A DNA stretch of 64,000 nucleotides from Alphaproteobacteria bacterium (GTDB lineage Bacteria; Pseudomonadota; Alphaproteobacteria; UBA828). A program made the position numbers and the translations under genes. The stretch lies in assembly GCA_963422645.2 (NCBI GenBank), contig CAXXVO010000004.1, positions 288,001 through 352,000 of the forward strand. The letters run 5' to 3'. A model generated the notes under the pieces. That model was not told the origin of the DNA. It made no database searches and worked only from the letters and a program-made list of their open reading frames with translations. Positions 10,271-21,231 of this stretch are shown one piece after another (the first letter of the stretch is position 1; every line of letters begins with the position of its first letter).

Positions 10271-11470
10271 ATGCATCGACCTCCCGCAATCGATATCGCC
10301 GACGAGAAAAGGATCCGCGCCTGGCGGGCGGAACGCATCCGGGGGGAACTCCGCCGCCGGGATCTCGGGGCGGTGCTGGTGGTCGATCCGATCAACCTGC
10401 GCTACGCCACCGGCACGCGGAACATGCAGGTCTGGACCATGCACAACATCGTCCGCTACGCACTCGTCTTCGCGCATGAGCCGACGGTGCTGTTCGACCT
10501 GGCCACCGGCCGCCATTTGAGCGCCGGTCTGGAGAGCGTGAGTGAGGTGCGCACGTCGGTCCCCTTCGACTACATGCTGGTCGGGGTCAACGCCGAGACG
10601 ATGGCGCGGCGCTGGGCGCTCCAGATTCACGAGGCGCTGGGTGAGCATGGCTGCGCTGCCGACAAGTTAGCCGTCGACCGCGCCGACACGCTGATGATCC
10701 AGGCGCTGGCAGAACTCGGTACGCGCGTGGTCGACGGAAAGCAGGTTCTGGAGCATGCGAGAGCCATCAAGTCGGCAGAGGAGATCAGGGCGTTCCGGGC
10801 TTCGCTCGCCACCTGCGAGGACAGCGTTCGCTCGCTCCACGCGTTTGCGGTGCCGGGCGTGACGGAGGCGCAAGCCTTCGGTCACCTCGTCGGCCAGAGC
10901 CTTGCGCGGGGCGGCGAGTATCCGGAAACCCGCCTGCTGACCGGGGGTCCGAGGACGAATCCCTGGTTCCAGGAGACATCCGATCGCGTCCTGCAAGCGG
11001 GAGACCTCCTGGCCTTCGACACCGACCTCATCGGACCGATGGGCTTCTACAACGACATATCCCGCAGCTGGGTTATCGGCGAGCGGCGACCGACCCCGGC
11101 GCAGGCAACCCTGCTCGACATCTCCACGGAGCAGCTTGCCCACAACATCGACCTGCTCCGCCCCGGCACGTCATTCGTCGATCTTGCGTCGAAGGCGTTT
11201 CGACTGCCCGACGCCTATCTCGCCAATCGCTACGCCGATCTGGTGCACGGCTGTGGCCTAGGGGTGGAATACCCCTTCGTGCTGTATCCGGAGGACGCGG
11301 ATGACGGGATGTACGACGGCCGTTTCGAGGCGAACATGATCGTGTGTGTGGAGAGCTATGTGGGTGCGCAGGATGGACCGGAGGGAGTCAAGCTGGAGCA
11401 GCCGGTTCTGATCACCGACCGGGGCCCAGAAGTGTTGAGCGTGCTGCCGCTCGATGCGAGCGACTCTTAG
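10271..11470 (+). CDS. M24-family metalloprotein, DddP (DMSP lyase)-like
   Basis: DPINLRYAT..NMQVW, GPRTNPWFQE, FDTD, DISR, HGCGL, CVE, KLE resemble the DddP clade; start uncertain. Confidence 0.75.
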   Translation: MHRPPAIDIADEKRIRAWRAERIRGELRRRDLGAVLVVDPINLRYATGTRNMQVWTMHNIVRYALVFAHEPTVLFDLATGRHLSAGLESVSEVRTSVPFDYMLVGVNAETMARRWALQIHEALGEHGCAADKLAVDRADTLMIQALAELGTRVVDGKQVLEHARAIKSAEEIRAFRASLATCEDSVRSLHAFAVPGVTEAQAFGHLVGQSLARGGEYPETRLLTGGPRTNPWFQETSDRVLQAGDLLAFDTDLIGPMGFYNDISRSWVIGERRPTPAQATLLDISTEQLAHNIDLLRPGTSFVDLASKAFRLPDAYLANRYADLVHGCGLGVEYPFVLYPEDADDGMYDGRFEANMIVCVESYVGAQDGPEGVKLEQPVLITDRGPEVLSVLPLDASDS

Positions 11471-11593
11471 AAATCGCGAGTCCAGCCGTCACCGTCTCGA
11501 GCTCTTGTTCAGCGTCGAAGTCTGATCCCTCCGAAACAAGATGAGTCAATGCGTTAGCGCGCCGCTCGGCGTCCGATTTACACGCCGAGATTC

Positions 11594-12634
11594 TTAGTCT
11601 TCGAAAATCTGTACGCGGATCGGGGTCGGTCGGCCTCCGGCAGCCGGGTTGTTGACTTGAGGGCAGTTGGAGACGATTGCGAGGACGTCGCGCTCGGCTC
11701 GCAAATCGACGTGGTCACCGGGCTTGGACGGACCGCCGACGAAGGTCCGCTCTGCCAGACGGCCTCCCTCATAGACCGGCACGGCGCAGAAAAAGTTGAC
11801 GTTGGGCACGATATCCGTCCAGCCCAGGCCGTGCTCCGCCAAGGCGGCCAGGAAATTCTCGCGGCATCCCGGCACGTCTTCCACGCCGTAGAGCATGGCG
11901 GTGGCGTTGGCGCAGTCAAAGCTTCCTTCGACGCCACTCAACGACCCGTCGATGGTGTCGCCGTTTTCGATATACACCACCAAGAAATCTCGACCGGGCG
12001 GAAGAGTCGGCGCCCCGTCGAGCGAAATGTCTTGCGCACGGTTGGTCGCCGTATCCCATTGGTCTGCGGCCCCATCCGTGCTCTGCACATCCGTTGCGAT
12101 ACCGACTTCCAGAGTACCGGCGTTTTCGTAGTCCTTCCTCAGCTCCTCTACGTGCCACTCCGACCCCAGATTATGACCGGTTATCACCTCTCTGGACGTC
12201 GTTACGCCTTCCGGATCGTCACCAATGTAGTATGTACTGACGAACCGACTAGCCTGCATCCAGGGATCGGTTTGCAGAGGCTCTCCGTGCTGAAAAAGCC
12301 CAACATTCAACTGCGGCCCGTTCGCATCGTACGAAATCACCGCTTGTGCGCTTGAACCGTCGCGGTGCGAATGACTCAGGTGCTCCTGATTTCCAGAATC
12401 GTTTGTGCCACGCCGCCACCACCCACTGATGGTGTTGCCGCTGGCATCCTCCGTGGCCCAACTGGCAACCAAGTCGATCCCGCTGGCCACGGCCTGCGGA
12501 TCGGGCTCTGGCGCGGGGATCATTGTTCCGCCCCCAGTCGCCGGGCCGTCGCCGCCCCCGCCACCGCAGCCGTAGAGCCCCAGCCCCAATGCCGCGACTG
12601 CGGCGAGCGGTAGATACGCCTTCCTCTTGATCAT
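11594..12634 (-). pseudogene. Chimeric ORF: lipoprotein N-terminus fused to C-terminus of a DUF1989 (urea-carboxylase-associated) protein
   Basis: LYGC-GGGGG lipobox and linker; after ~11905 reads GCRENF..NVNFF..SKPGDHVDLRAERDVLAIVSNCPQVNNP. Confidence 0.72.
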
Positions 12635-12826
12635 GGCTCTTGGTCCTCCCCTTCTTCGCCGGGGTCCCGCTTAGAGGCCTCGGTTGCTCGGACCTGGCCC
12701 CTTGCAGGGCGCGGAGCCTCGGCATCCCGATTCACATGTCCGCTCCGTTCCACCGAACTCCGGCGCTGGAAGAGCGGAGCGGTGCGTTCTCCTTCGCTCA
12801 CGTCGATATACTGTTTACGCATATAT

Positions 12827-12875
12827 ATTCTGTTTATACTTGGATGATATGTCAATTAAGTTATTGACCTATCAT
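12827..12875 (-). promoter_or_regulatory. Candidate sigma70 promoter overlapped by a palindromic operator
   Basis: Minus strand TTGACA (12855-12850), 17 bp, CAGAAT; palindrome ATGATA-T-GTCAAT-N6-ATTGAC-C-TATCAT at 12844-12875. Confidence 0.55.
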
Positions 12876-13004
12876 TATAGATATTCCCGTCGGCGTCTCC
12901 TCCATCCGGTTGTGCGGAGGCGATTGGTGAGGCTGGCCGGCGGCAGGGACGCTCCCTAGAATGGGGGGGCGGAACGTAAGGCGCGGGAACGGCCGGACTG
13001 CCCA

Positions 13005-14075
13005 ATGCCCCAAGCATCGGCCCCAGGAACGGCGACGACGCCTGTGCGGGCGGCGCACCGCTTCGATCAGGCGGGGCTCGCGCGCTATCTGGGCGCGCAT
13101 GTGCCGGAGGCGGTGCCGATCCTGGGGGTGAGCCAGTTCGCGGCGGGGCAGTCGAACCCGACTTATCTGATCGAGGGGCCGGAGCGGCGCTTCGTGCTGC
13201 GCAAGAAGCCGCCGGGGACGCTGCTGCCCTCGGCCCATCTGGTGGAGCGCGAGTACCGCATCCTCGCGGCGCTGGCCGAGACCGACGTGCCCGTGCCGCA
13301 GGTCCACCACCTCTGCGAGGATCCTGAGATCATCGGCACGGCCTTCTACGTGATGGACCATGTGGAGGGCTCGGTCGATCAGGACCCGGCGTGGCCCGCG
13401 CTCGGCACCGAGCGCCGCAGGGCGCTCTATGGCTCGATGGCCGCCGTGCTGGCGCGGCTGCACAGCGCCGATTGGCGGGGGCTGGGCCTCGCCGACTTCG
13501 GCAAGGAGGGGGGAAACTACATCGCGCGCCAGATCCGGCGCTGGAGCGGCCAGTACGAGGCCTCGCGCACCGACGAAATCCCGGAGATGGACCGGCTGCT
13601 CGCCTGGCTCCCCGACCACATCCCCGACGACGACGAGACCACCATCGTCCACGGCGACTACCGGCCGGGCAATCTGATCGTGCACGCGCACGAGCCCCGC
13701 ATCGCGGCGGTGCTGGACTGGGAGCTCAGTACCCTCGGCCACCCGCTGAGCGATCTCGCCCACAACTGCCTCGCCTTCTCGATCCCCCGGGGCACGTCGG
13801 CATTGCCGGGGCTCGGCGGCGCCGACTTCGAGGCGCTGGGGCTGCCGGCGGAGGAGGACTACCGGGACGCCTACTGCGCGCGGGCGGGGCGCGGGCCGAT
13901 CGCCGAGTGGCGCTTCTACATGGCCTTCGCCTTCTTCCGCATGGCAGCGATCTGCCAGGGGGTCTACTCGCGCGGGCTCAAGGGCAACGCCAGCGCGCCC
14001 AACGCGCACGAATACGGCAACCGCGCCCGCGCTCTCGCCGAGCTGGGCTGGGAGAAGGCTTCCGGTAAGGGTTGA
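13005..14075 (+). CDS. Phosphotransferase (APH / ACAD10-N-like)
   Basis: GQSNPTY, VLRKKPPG, HGDYRPGN, LDWELSTLG. Confidence 0.92.
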   Translation: MPQASAPGTATTPVRAAHRFDQAGLARYLGAHVPEAVPILGVSQFAAGQSNPTYLIEGPERRFVLRKKPPGTLLPSAHLVEREYRILAALAETDVPVPQVHHLCEDPEIIGTAFYVMDHVEGSVDQDPAWPALGTERRRALYGSMAAVLARLHSADWRGLGLADFGKEGGNYIARQIRRWSGQYEASRTDEIPEMDRLLAWLPDHIPDDDETTIVHGDYRPGNLIVHAHEPRIAAVLDWELSTLGHPLSDLAHNCLAFSIPRGTSALPGLGGADFEALGLPAEEDYRDAYCARAGRGPIAEWRFYMAFAFFRMAAICQGVYSRGLKGNASAPNAHEYGNRARALAELGWEKASGKG

Positions 14076-14091
14076 GCGGGGAAAGCCCGGA

Positions 14092-15072
14092 TTAGACGCC
14101 GTAGTGCTCGCGGTACCAGGCGACGAAGCGGGGGATGCCCTCGTCGATGGTGGTCTTGGGCGCGTAGCCGTGGTCGCGCTGCAGCGCCGAGATATCCGCC
14201 CAGGTCTCTTCCACGTCGCCGGGCTGCATCGGCGCGTGCTCGATCAGGGCCTTGCGGCCGAGCGCCCGCTCCAGCGCGGCGACGAAGTCGGTCAGGGCCT
14301 CGGGCCTGTTGTTGCCGACGTTGTAGAGGCGGTGGGGCACGCCGCCCCCGGCCGCCGGCGGCGCGTCGAGGACGCTCAGGACTGCCGGCACCACGTCGTC
14401 GACATAGGTGAAGTCGCGCTTCATGCGGCCGTGGTTGAAGAGCGTGATCGGCCGGCCCTCCAGGATCGCCCGAGTAAAGAGGAAATAGGCCATGTCGGGC
14501 CGCCCCCAGGGGCCATAGACCGTGAAGAAGCGGAGCCCGGTCGCCGGCACGGCATGGAGATGCCCGTAGATGTGGCCGATCAGCTCGCCCGCCTTCTTGG
14601 TCGCCGCGTAGAGGGAGACCGGCGTATCGACGCGGGCATCGGTCGAGAAGGGCACCTCTGCGACGCCGCCATAGACCGAGCTCGAGCTGGCGTAGACGAT
14701 GTGCTCCAGCGCAGGCAGTTCGCGGCAGAGCTCCAGGACCACCACCTGGCCCATCACGTTGGCCTGCACGTAGGCGTAGGGATCGACCAGGGAATGGCGC
14801 ACCCCGGCCTGGGCCGCGAGATGGACGATCCGCGTGATCGATTTGCGCTCGGGCGCGACCGCCGCAGCCATGGCCTCGCGCTCGGCGATATCGGCGCGGA
14901 CGAATCCGAAGCCCGCGTGCTCCGCCAACACGGCGCGCCGGACCTGCTTGAGGCGCACATCGTAGTAGTCGTTGAGATTGTCCACGCCGAGGACGCGCTC
15001 GCCCCGCGCAAGCAGCGCCCTGCACACGTGGAATCCGATGAAGCCGGCGGCCCCGGTCACGAGGATCGTCAC
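14092..15072 (-). CDS. NAD-dependent epimerase (UDP-glucuronate 4-epimerase-like)
   Basis: GAAGFIG, HLAAQAGVR, YAATK, FFTVYGPWGRPDMA. Confidence 0.93.
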   Translation of the reverse strand: MTILVTGAAGFIGFHVCRALLARGERVLGVDNLNDYYDVRLKQVRRAVLAEHAGFGFVRADIAEREAMAAAVAPERKSITRIVHLAAQAGVRHSLVDPYAYVQANVMGQVVVLELCRELPALEHIVYASSSSVYGGVAEVPFSTDARVDTPVSLYAATKKAGELIGHIYGHLHAVPATGLRFFTVYGPWGRPDMAYFLFTRAILEGRPITLFNHGRMKRDFTYVDDVVPAVLSVLDAPPAAGGGVPHRLYNVGNNRPEALTDFVAALERALGRKALIEHAPMQPGDVEETWADISALQRDHGYAPKTTIDEGIPRFVAWYREHYGV

Positions 15073-15761
15073 CCGGCCGGCGACCCCCGGAATAGACGCT
15101 CGATCGAGGCCGGCAGCTCGGCGAAATCGTCGATCACCGCGTCGGCGCCGAGCTCGCGCGGCGGGATCGGGCTGTACCCATAGGTCGTGACGATCACGGC
15201 GACGCCCGCACCCTTCGAGGAATCGACGTCGGCGGCGCTGTCACCCACCATGACCGCGCGTTCGGGCCGAGCGCCGAGCGCCGCCAGCGCCTCCTGGATG
15301 TGGCCGGGATGGGGCTTAATCCTGGCGACCGTGTCGCCGGCGAGCACCGCGTCGATGTGACGGTCGATGTCGAAGTGCGCGAGCAGGCGGCGGGTCGAAC
15401 GCTCCCCCCTGTTGGTGCAGACGGCGAGCGAGATGCCCGCGTCGCGGAGCCGCTGGATCGTGGCCGCGACAGAGGGGAAGAGCTGCACCCGCTCGGTCTC
15501 GATCTCGAAGTAGTAGGCGATGAGCCGCTCGATCAGGGGCCGGAGCGCCGCATCGTCCGGCCGCTCTGCGCCTTGCGAATCGAGGGCCGCGAGGAGGAGG
15601 CGCTTGGCGCCCGCGCCCGCGCTTTGGCGAAAGCGCTCGAACGCCACCGGCGCGTGGCCGAGTTCCATCAACAGCCGGTTGAGCGCCGCAATGAGATCGG
15701 GCGCAGTGTCGAAGAGCGTCCCGTCGAAGTCGACGAGCACCGCGTCCACATGCTCACGCAT
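15069..15761 (-). CDS. HAD hydrolase, phosphoglycolate phosphatase-like
   Basis: DFDGTL, KPHP, MVGDS..D motifs; 4-bp overlap with the epimerase. Confidence 0.88.
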   Translation of the reverse strand: MREHVDAVLVDFDGTLFDTAPDLIAALNRLLMELGHAPVAFERFRQSAGAGAKRLLLAALDSQGAERPDDAALRPLIERLIAYYFEIETERVQLFPSVAATIQRLRDAGISLAVCTNRGERSTRRLLAHFDIDRHIDAVLAGDTVARIKPHPGHIQEALAALGARPERAVMVGDSAADVDSSKGAGVAVIVTTYGYSPIPPRELGADAVIDDFAELPASIERLFRGSPAG

Positions 15762-16096
15762 CGCGCCGATGGTGCGGGAACCCGCGCATGTTGACAAGGC
15801 GTGCTGCTGGAGCCAGCACCCGTGGGCTGACCGCCGGCGCCCAAGACATTCGACACGGCACGTTGTCCGCCCGTCTCCCATCTGCTCCGCCGATCACCCG
15901 GCTTGGCCGTGAAACCGTCTGTGCACTAACATCCAAGTAAGTTCAGCAGATGAAAGCCGGCTAGAATACGAGTCGCCAGGCACCCTGAAGGACCTCGGCC
16001 TCAAGGTCGGCGCCCATGACCGGCACTGGCCGCGGGGTGCCGGGCGACTCGAGCGCTTTGCCCTCGTACAGGACAACGGATGAAGGAGATCATGTC

Positions 16097-17041
16097 GTGA
16101 TTCCGTTGATCGATCTCTCCCGGAGCCAGGACGAAGTGGCGGACGCGCTCGCGGACACGCTGGAGCATGTCGGCTTCTTCATCGTCGTGAACCACGGCGT
16201 ACCAAGGGAGCTTGTCCGGCAAGTATTCGCGGAAGCGGAACGGTTCCAAGCCCAGCCGCAGGCGGCCAAGCACGCTGTGCTGATGAACGAGCACAACAAC
16301 GGCTACGTGGCGATGGCTCGCTACAATGTGCGCACCTCGCGGGTCAGCGAAGCCGCGCTGCCGGACATGAACGAGGCCTTCTTCATCAAGCGCGAGCGCA
16401 GCCAGGACGACCCGCTGGCCGGGCGGCGCTTCGCCGGACCCAATCGCTGGCCGGCGGACCTGCCCGGCTTTCGGGAATCAGTGCTGGACTATTGCGAGAC
16501 CGTGGATCGGCTGGCGGTGAGCGTCCTGCCGGCGCTTTCCCTGTCTCTAGGCCTGCCGGAGGACTGGTTCGCGCCCAAATTCACGCGCAGCCAGTTCACC
16601 TTCCGGCTCTCGCACTACCCGCCCGCGGCGGCCAAGCCGGGACGCTACGGCATCGCGCCGCATACGGACGCTAATTTTCTGACCTTCCTTGCGCAGTCGG
16701 ACGTGCCGGGGCTTCAGATCAGGCGAGAGGGACATGGCTGGGAGGACGTCCCCTTCGTCGAGGACTCCTTTGTCGTCAACACTGGCGACATGCTGCATCG
16801 CTGGACCAACGGGCGCTACAAGTCGACCCCGCACCGCGCGCTGCCACCGGCCGGGCGCCACCGCTACGCGATCCCTTATTTCTTCGGCCCCAATCTCGAC
16901 GCCGAAATCCGCTGCGTGCCGACTTGTACCGGTCCCGACAACCCGCCGCGCTGGCCTCCTATCCTCTACGAAGACCACCTCGCCTGGTGGTACGACGCTA
17001 ACTACAACGCCGCTGAGCAGCAGGATCTCGTCACGGTGTGA
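16097..17041 (+). CDS. 2OG-Fe(II) oxygenase, isopenicillin N synthase family
   Basis: IPLIDL, GFFIVVNHGV, HTD...HR...RY; GTG start after AAGGAG. Confidence 0.9.
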   Translation: MIPLIDLSRSQDEVADALADTLEHVGFFIVVNHGVPRELVRQVFAEAERFQAQPQAAKHAVLMNEHNNGYVAMARYNVRTSRVSEAALPDMNEAFFIKRERSQDDPLAGRRFAGPNRWPADLPGFRESVLDYCETVDRLAVSVLPALSLSLGLPEDWFAPKFTRSQFTFRLSHYPPAAAKPGRYGIAPHTDANFLTFLAQSDVPGLQIRREGHGWEDVPFVEDSFVVNTGDMLHRWTNGRYKSTPHRALPPAGRHRYAIPYFFGPNLDAEIRCVPTCTGPDNPPRWPPILYEDHLAWWYDANYNAAEQQDLVTV

Positions 17042-17287
17042 TCGTCGCGCTCGCCCCTTGGGACCCGCTCGAGGATGGCGATGCCGCGATCGAGCCAGGG
17101 GCTGTGGATTTGGCCAAGCGCGGCGATTCGGTGGTTGACCATATGTGGCCGGGCCTGGTGCAGGACGACCCGACGACCCAGCTACTATGTGTGGAGCACT
17201 ATTGTGCTGCCGCTAACACAGTGCGCTTAGCGGCCTAACTCCAACCGAATACCTTGCGCAACAAGCAGCCCAAGACCCCCAGCCGTC

Positions 17288-17669
17288 TGGACTTGCCCCG
17301 GTTTCGTGGACGGTTATGGATTTGGGCGAGCGGGGGGTAGTTTGCTCCGTTCGTAGTTGACGGGTGACAGGTATCCGATGGCGGAGTGGCGCCGCCGTGG
17401 GTTGTACCATCCCTCGATGAACTCGAAGACGGCCATGCGTGCTTCGGCATGGGAGCGGAACCTCCGGCGGTCGAGCAGCTCGCATTCGAGGGTGGCGAAG
17501 AAGCTCTCGCACATGGCGTTATCGTAGCAATCCCCGACCGATCCGGTCGAGGGGCGCCCGCCGGCGTCCTGGCAGCGCTTGCCGAAGGCGATCGAGGTGT
17601 ACTGCGATCCCTGGTCGGAATGGTGGATCACGCCGTCGGGCCGGCGTTGCCAGAGGGCCATGTCGATGT
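17288..17669 (-). mobile_element. IS3-family remnant (orfB C-terminus and right end), cut by IS21
   Basis: HSDQGSQY, DNAMCESFF, YNPRRRHS; terminus TGGACTTGCCCCGGTTTCGTGGAC. Confidence 0.88.
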
Positions 17670-17785
17670 TGTTAAGCGTGGAAAAGTGACCCCCTATTGG
17701 GGGTGATCGGCGTCCAAAATTGACCCCCTTGGATTTGTGTCCATGAACACACCTCGTCGTTTGGACGGACGGGGTGGTGGGGGAG

Positions 17786-19300
17786 ATGCTGGTTGTGGAA
17801 ACGATCGCGAAGATCCGTCGGGATCATCTGGTGAAGGGCGTTCCGATCAAGAAGCTCGCCCGGGATTTGAGGGTTTCCAAGAACACGATACGCAAGGTGG
17901 TGCGGGGCGATGCGACCTCGCACAGCTACGAGCGCAAGATCCAGCCGATGCCGAAGCTTGGGCTGTGGGTGGAGGAGCTTGAGCGCCAGCTGAAGGCCAA
18001 CGAGAAGAAGGCACGCAAGGATCGGCTGTCTCTTCTGCGGATTCATGAAGACCTTGTGTCGCTGGGCTACAAGGGCGGCTATGACGCGGTTCGCCGCTAT
18101 GCCAGGGCCTGGCGGCGCCGGTGGCGGCTGTTGTCGCCGGCGCAGGCCTATGTGCCGCTGATCTTCGATCCCGGCGAGGCCTACCAGTTCGACTGGAGCC
18201 ACGAGTACGCGCGTCTGTCGGGCGCGACGACCAGGGTGAAGGCGGCGCACATGCGGCTGTGCCACAGCCGGATGTATCTGGTCCAGATCTTTCCCCGCGA
18301 GAGCCAGGAGATGGTCTTCGAGGCGCACGAGCGTGCCTTCCGCTTCTTCGGCGGGGTCTGCCGGCGGGGCATCTACGACAACATGAAGACGGCGGTGAGC
18401 ACGATCTTCGTGGGCAAGAAGCGGGACTACAACCGCCGCTTCCAGGAGCTGTGCTCGCACCATCTGGTGGAGCCTGTGGCGTGCACGCCAGGGGCTGGCT
18501 GGGAGAAGGGGCAGGTCGAGAAGCAGGTGGGTGACCTTCGCGGCCGCCTGTTCGTGCCCATCCCGCGGGGCCGCTCCTACGCCGAGATCAACGAGTGGCT
18601 GATGGATCGGTGCATCGAGGACGCCAAGAAGCATCCGCATCCGACAATCCCGGGCAAGACGGTGTGGCAGGTGTTCGAGGAGGAGCAGCCCTTCCTGATG
18701 GCGTATCGCGGCCCCTTCGACGGCTTCCATGCCAGCGAGGTGTCGGTCTCGAAGACCTGTCTGGTGCGCTTCGACAACAACCAGTACAGCGTCGCGGCCC
18801 GCGCCGTCGGCCGGCCGGTGGACGTGCGGGCCTATGCCGATCGGATCGTCATCCGCCAGGACGGCGAGACCGTTGCCGAGCACCCCCGCAGCTTCGGGCG
18901 CGGCCGGTTCGTCTACGATCCGTGGCATTACGTGCCGATCCTGACGCGGAAGCCCGGCGCGCTACGCAATGGCGCGCCCTTCAAGGACTGGCAGTTGCCC
19001 AACGCGCTCGGCCGCCTGCGAACCCGGCTCGCGGGCCACGACGACGGCGACCGGCAGTTCGTCAAGGTGCTCGCGGCGGTGCTGGAGGACGGACTGGAGG
19101 CGGTTGAGGCGGCCTGTGCCGAGACGCTCGACTGCGGTGCCTGCAGCGCCGACGTGGTGCTCAACATCCTCGCCCGGCAGCGCCAGCCGGCACCGCCGGC
19201 AATCATCCCGACGCCCGAGGGCCTGCAGCTTCGCCACAAGCCGGTAGCCGACTGTCAGCGCTACGACAGCCTGAGGGAGGCCGGTCATGGAGCGTCATGA
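17786..19300 (+). CDS. istA: IS21 transposase
   Basis: N-terminal [30 protein letters not shown]. Confidence 0.95.
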   Translation: MLVVETIAKIRRDHLVKGVPIKKLARDLRVSKNTIRKVVRGDATSHSYERKIQPMPKLGLWVEELERQLKANEKKARKDRLSLLRIHEDLVSLGYKGGYDAVRRYARAWRRRWRLLSPAQAYVPLIFDPGEAYQFDWSHEYARLSGATTRVKAAHMRLCHSRMYLVQIFPRESQEMVFEAHERAFRFFGGVCRRGIYDNMKTAVSTIFVGKKRDYNRRFQELCSHHLVEPVACTPGAGWEKGQVEKQVGDLRGRLFVPIPRGRSYAEINEWLMDRCIEDAKKHPHPTIPGKTVWQVFEEEQPFLMAYRGPFDGFHASEVSVSKTCLVRFDNNQYSVAARAVGRPVDVRAYADRIVIRQDGETVAEHPRSFGRGRFVYDPWHYVPILTRKPGALRNGAPFKDWQLPNALGRLRTRLAGHDDGDRQFVKVLAAVLEDGLEAVEAACAETLDCGACSADVVLNILARQRQPAPPAIIPTPEGLQLRHKPVADCQRYDSLREAGHGAS

Positions 19301-20015
19301 TGTGCTGGAGATGATGACCCAGCTGAAGCTCGCAGGTATGCGCGCCGCTTACGACGACATCCTTGCCGACGGGCTCAAGCGCCGCCATCCGGTGCAACAG
19401 ATCATCGGTACGCTGCTGCAGGTCGAGATCGCCGACAAGAGGGCCCGCTCGATCAAGTACCAGATGGCCTCCGCCAAGCTGCCGACGGTCAAGGAGCTGG
19501 CCGACTTCGACTTCGCCGCCTCGCCGGTCAACGAGCCCCTGATCCAGGAGCTCGCCGGCGGCGGCTTCCTCGAGGGCAAACGCAACATCGTGCTGGTCGG
19601 CGGCACCGGTACCGGCAAGACCCATCTCGCCGTCGCCATCGCGCGGTCCTGCATCCGCAAGGGCGCGCGCGGCCGGTGCTACAACGTCGTCGACCTGGTC
19701 AACCTCCTCGAGGCCGAGCTTCGCGCCGGACGCCAGGGCCGCACTGCAGACCAGCTCGTCCGCCGCGACTTCGTCATCCTCGACGAGCTCGGCTACCTGC
19801 CCTTCGCCCAGGCCGGTGGGCAGCTGCTCTTCCATCTGATGAGCCGGCTCTACGAGCGCACCTCGATCGTCATCACCACAAACCTCGCCTTCGGCGAATG
19901 GCCATCCGTCTTCGGCGACCCCAAGATGACCACAGCGCTGCTCGATCGCCTCACCCATCATTGCGAGATCATCGAGACCGGCAACGAGAGCTGGCGCTTC
20001 AAGAACCGCTCCTGA
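19287..20015 (+). CDS. istB: IS21 helper ATPase
   Basis: GGTGTGKT Walker [16 protein letters not shown]. Confidence 0.96.
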   Translation: MERHDVLEMMTQLKLAGMRAAYDDILADGLKRRHPVQQIIGTLLQVEIADKRARSIKYQMASAKLPTVKELADFDFAASPVNEPLIQELAGGGFLEGKRNIVLVGGTGTGKTHLAVAIARSCIRKGARGRCYNVVDLVNLLEAELRAGRQGRTADQLVRRDFVILDELGYLPFAQAGGQLLFHLMSRLYERTSIVITTNLAFGEWPSVFGDPKMTTALLDRLTHHCEIIETGNESWRFKNRS

Positions 20016-20946
20016 CCCGCCGCCGGCCTCCCTTGCGGCCCGGTTGCCCCGGTGGGCCAACCAATGGCATTCACTTAGCGGTTTTCGACTGTTCACTTAA
20101 GGAGTCGTGTTCTTGCGCTGTCGGTTGCGTGCGTTTCTGTCGTTCAGGTGTTCAGGCGACGGCCCGCTTTGCGCGTGCCCACTTGCCGCGGGGTTTGCGC
20201 GACCTGCGTTCGCAGGACCGGCCGGGGCGCGGGCGCTGACGCGCCTGGTTGATGCAGGAGAGGACATGGCTGAGGGTTTCGGCGACCATCGCCGTATGGC
20301 GCAGCAGCAGCGCTTCGAGGTTGCGCGCGACGGTGGCGAGGCCGTTGCTGAAGTTGGCTTTCATCGCCGGCTTGCCGTCGGCAGGGCGCTCGGCGTCGAG
20401 GCTTGCGTTGCTGCGGTTGGTGAAGAGCCGGGTCATGGCGATGAGGTTGAAGTGGGCGAAGAGCTCCTGGCGGACGCCGCGCTCGGTCTGGCTGTGGAAG
20501 GCCTCGACGGCCATGGCCTGTTTCGAGGTCTTGTAGAGTTCCTCGATTCCCCAGCGCGCGTGATAGAGCTCGGCCAGTTCCGCGACGCTCCAGGCCTTGG
20601 GGTCGAGGAGGGTGGTGGCGAGGATGAAGACCGTGCTGCCGATGCGGTAGCGGACCAGTCGCAGGCGCAGCGGGGTGGCGTCGACGTGCGGCGTCTTGCG
20701 GCGCAGCTTTCTCAGGGTGTCCTTTCCGGGAGCGACGGTGATCGGCGCGTCCGTGCGGCCGTCGGCGATGAAGGCGTCGAGGGCGGCGCCTGCCTTCTTC
20801 TTGATCCGGAACACGGGGTGCAGGCCGCGGGCGACATGGGCGTGCAGCATCTCCCAAGAGTAGTAGCCGCGGTCATAGACTGAGGTGGCCCCGGAAAATC
20901 GGACAGGTGTCTAAGGTGTATTCCACCGTCTGACGGAGGAATACAG

Positions 20947-21231
20947 ATGAGCAGCAAGCGACGCAGATTTTCAGGGCAGCTGAAGGCGAAGGTAGCGCTT
21001 GAGGCGCTTCAGGGTGATCGGACACTTCAGGAGATTGCCTCGAAATACCAGGTTCACCCGAACCAGGTGGGCGCCTGGAAGCGCCAGGCGATCAAGGGGC
21101 TGGGCGAGGTGTTCTCGAAGGGCGCCGAGGGTCGGGTCCGGGACCATGAGAGCGAGGTCCGCGATCTTCACGCCAAGATCGGGGAGCTGATCGTGGAGCG
21201 GGATTTTTTGTCGCGCGGGTCCGGTCGATGA
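20947..21231 (+). CDS. IS3 OrfA
   Basis: KAKVALEAL...HPNQV..WK HTH followed by zipper-like region. Confidence 0.92.
   Translation: MSSKRRRFSGQLKAKVALEALQGDRTLQEIASKYQVHPNQVGAWKRQAIKGLGEVFSKGAEGRVRDHESEVRDLHAKIGELIVERDFLSRGSGR

Noticed and set aside
17038-17287. Short ORF after the oxygenase
   Set aside because: No motif, weak codon bias; probably a remnant.
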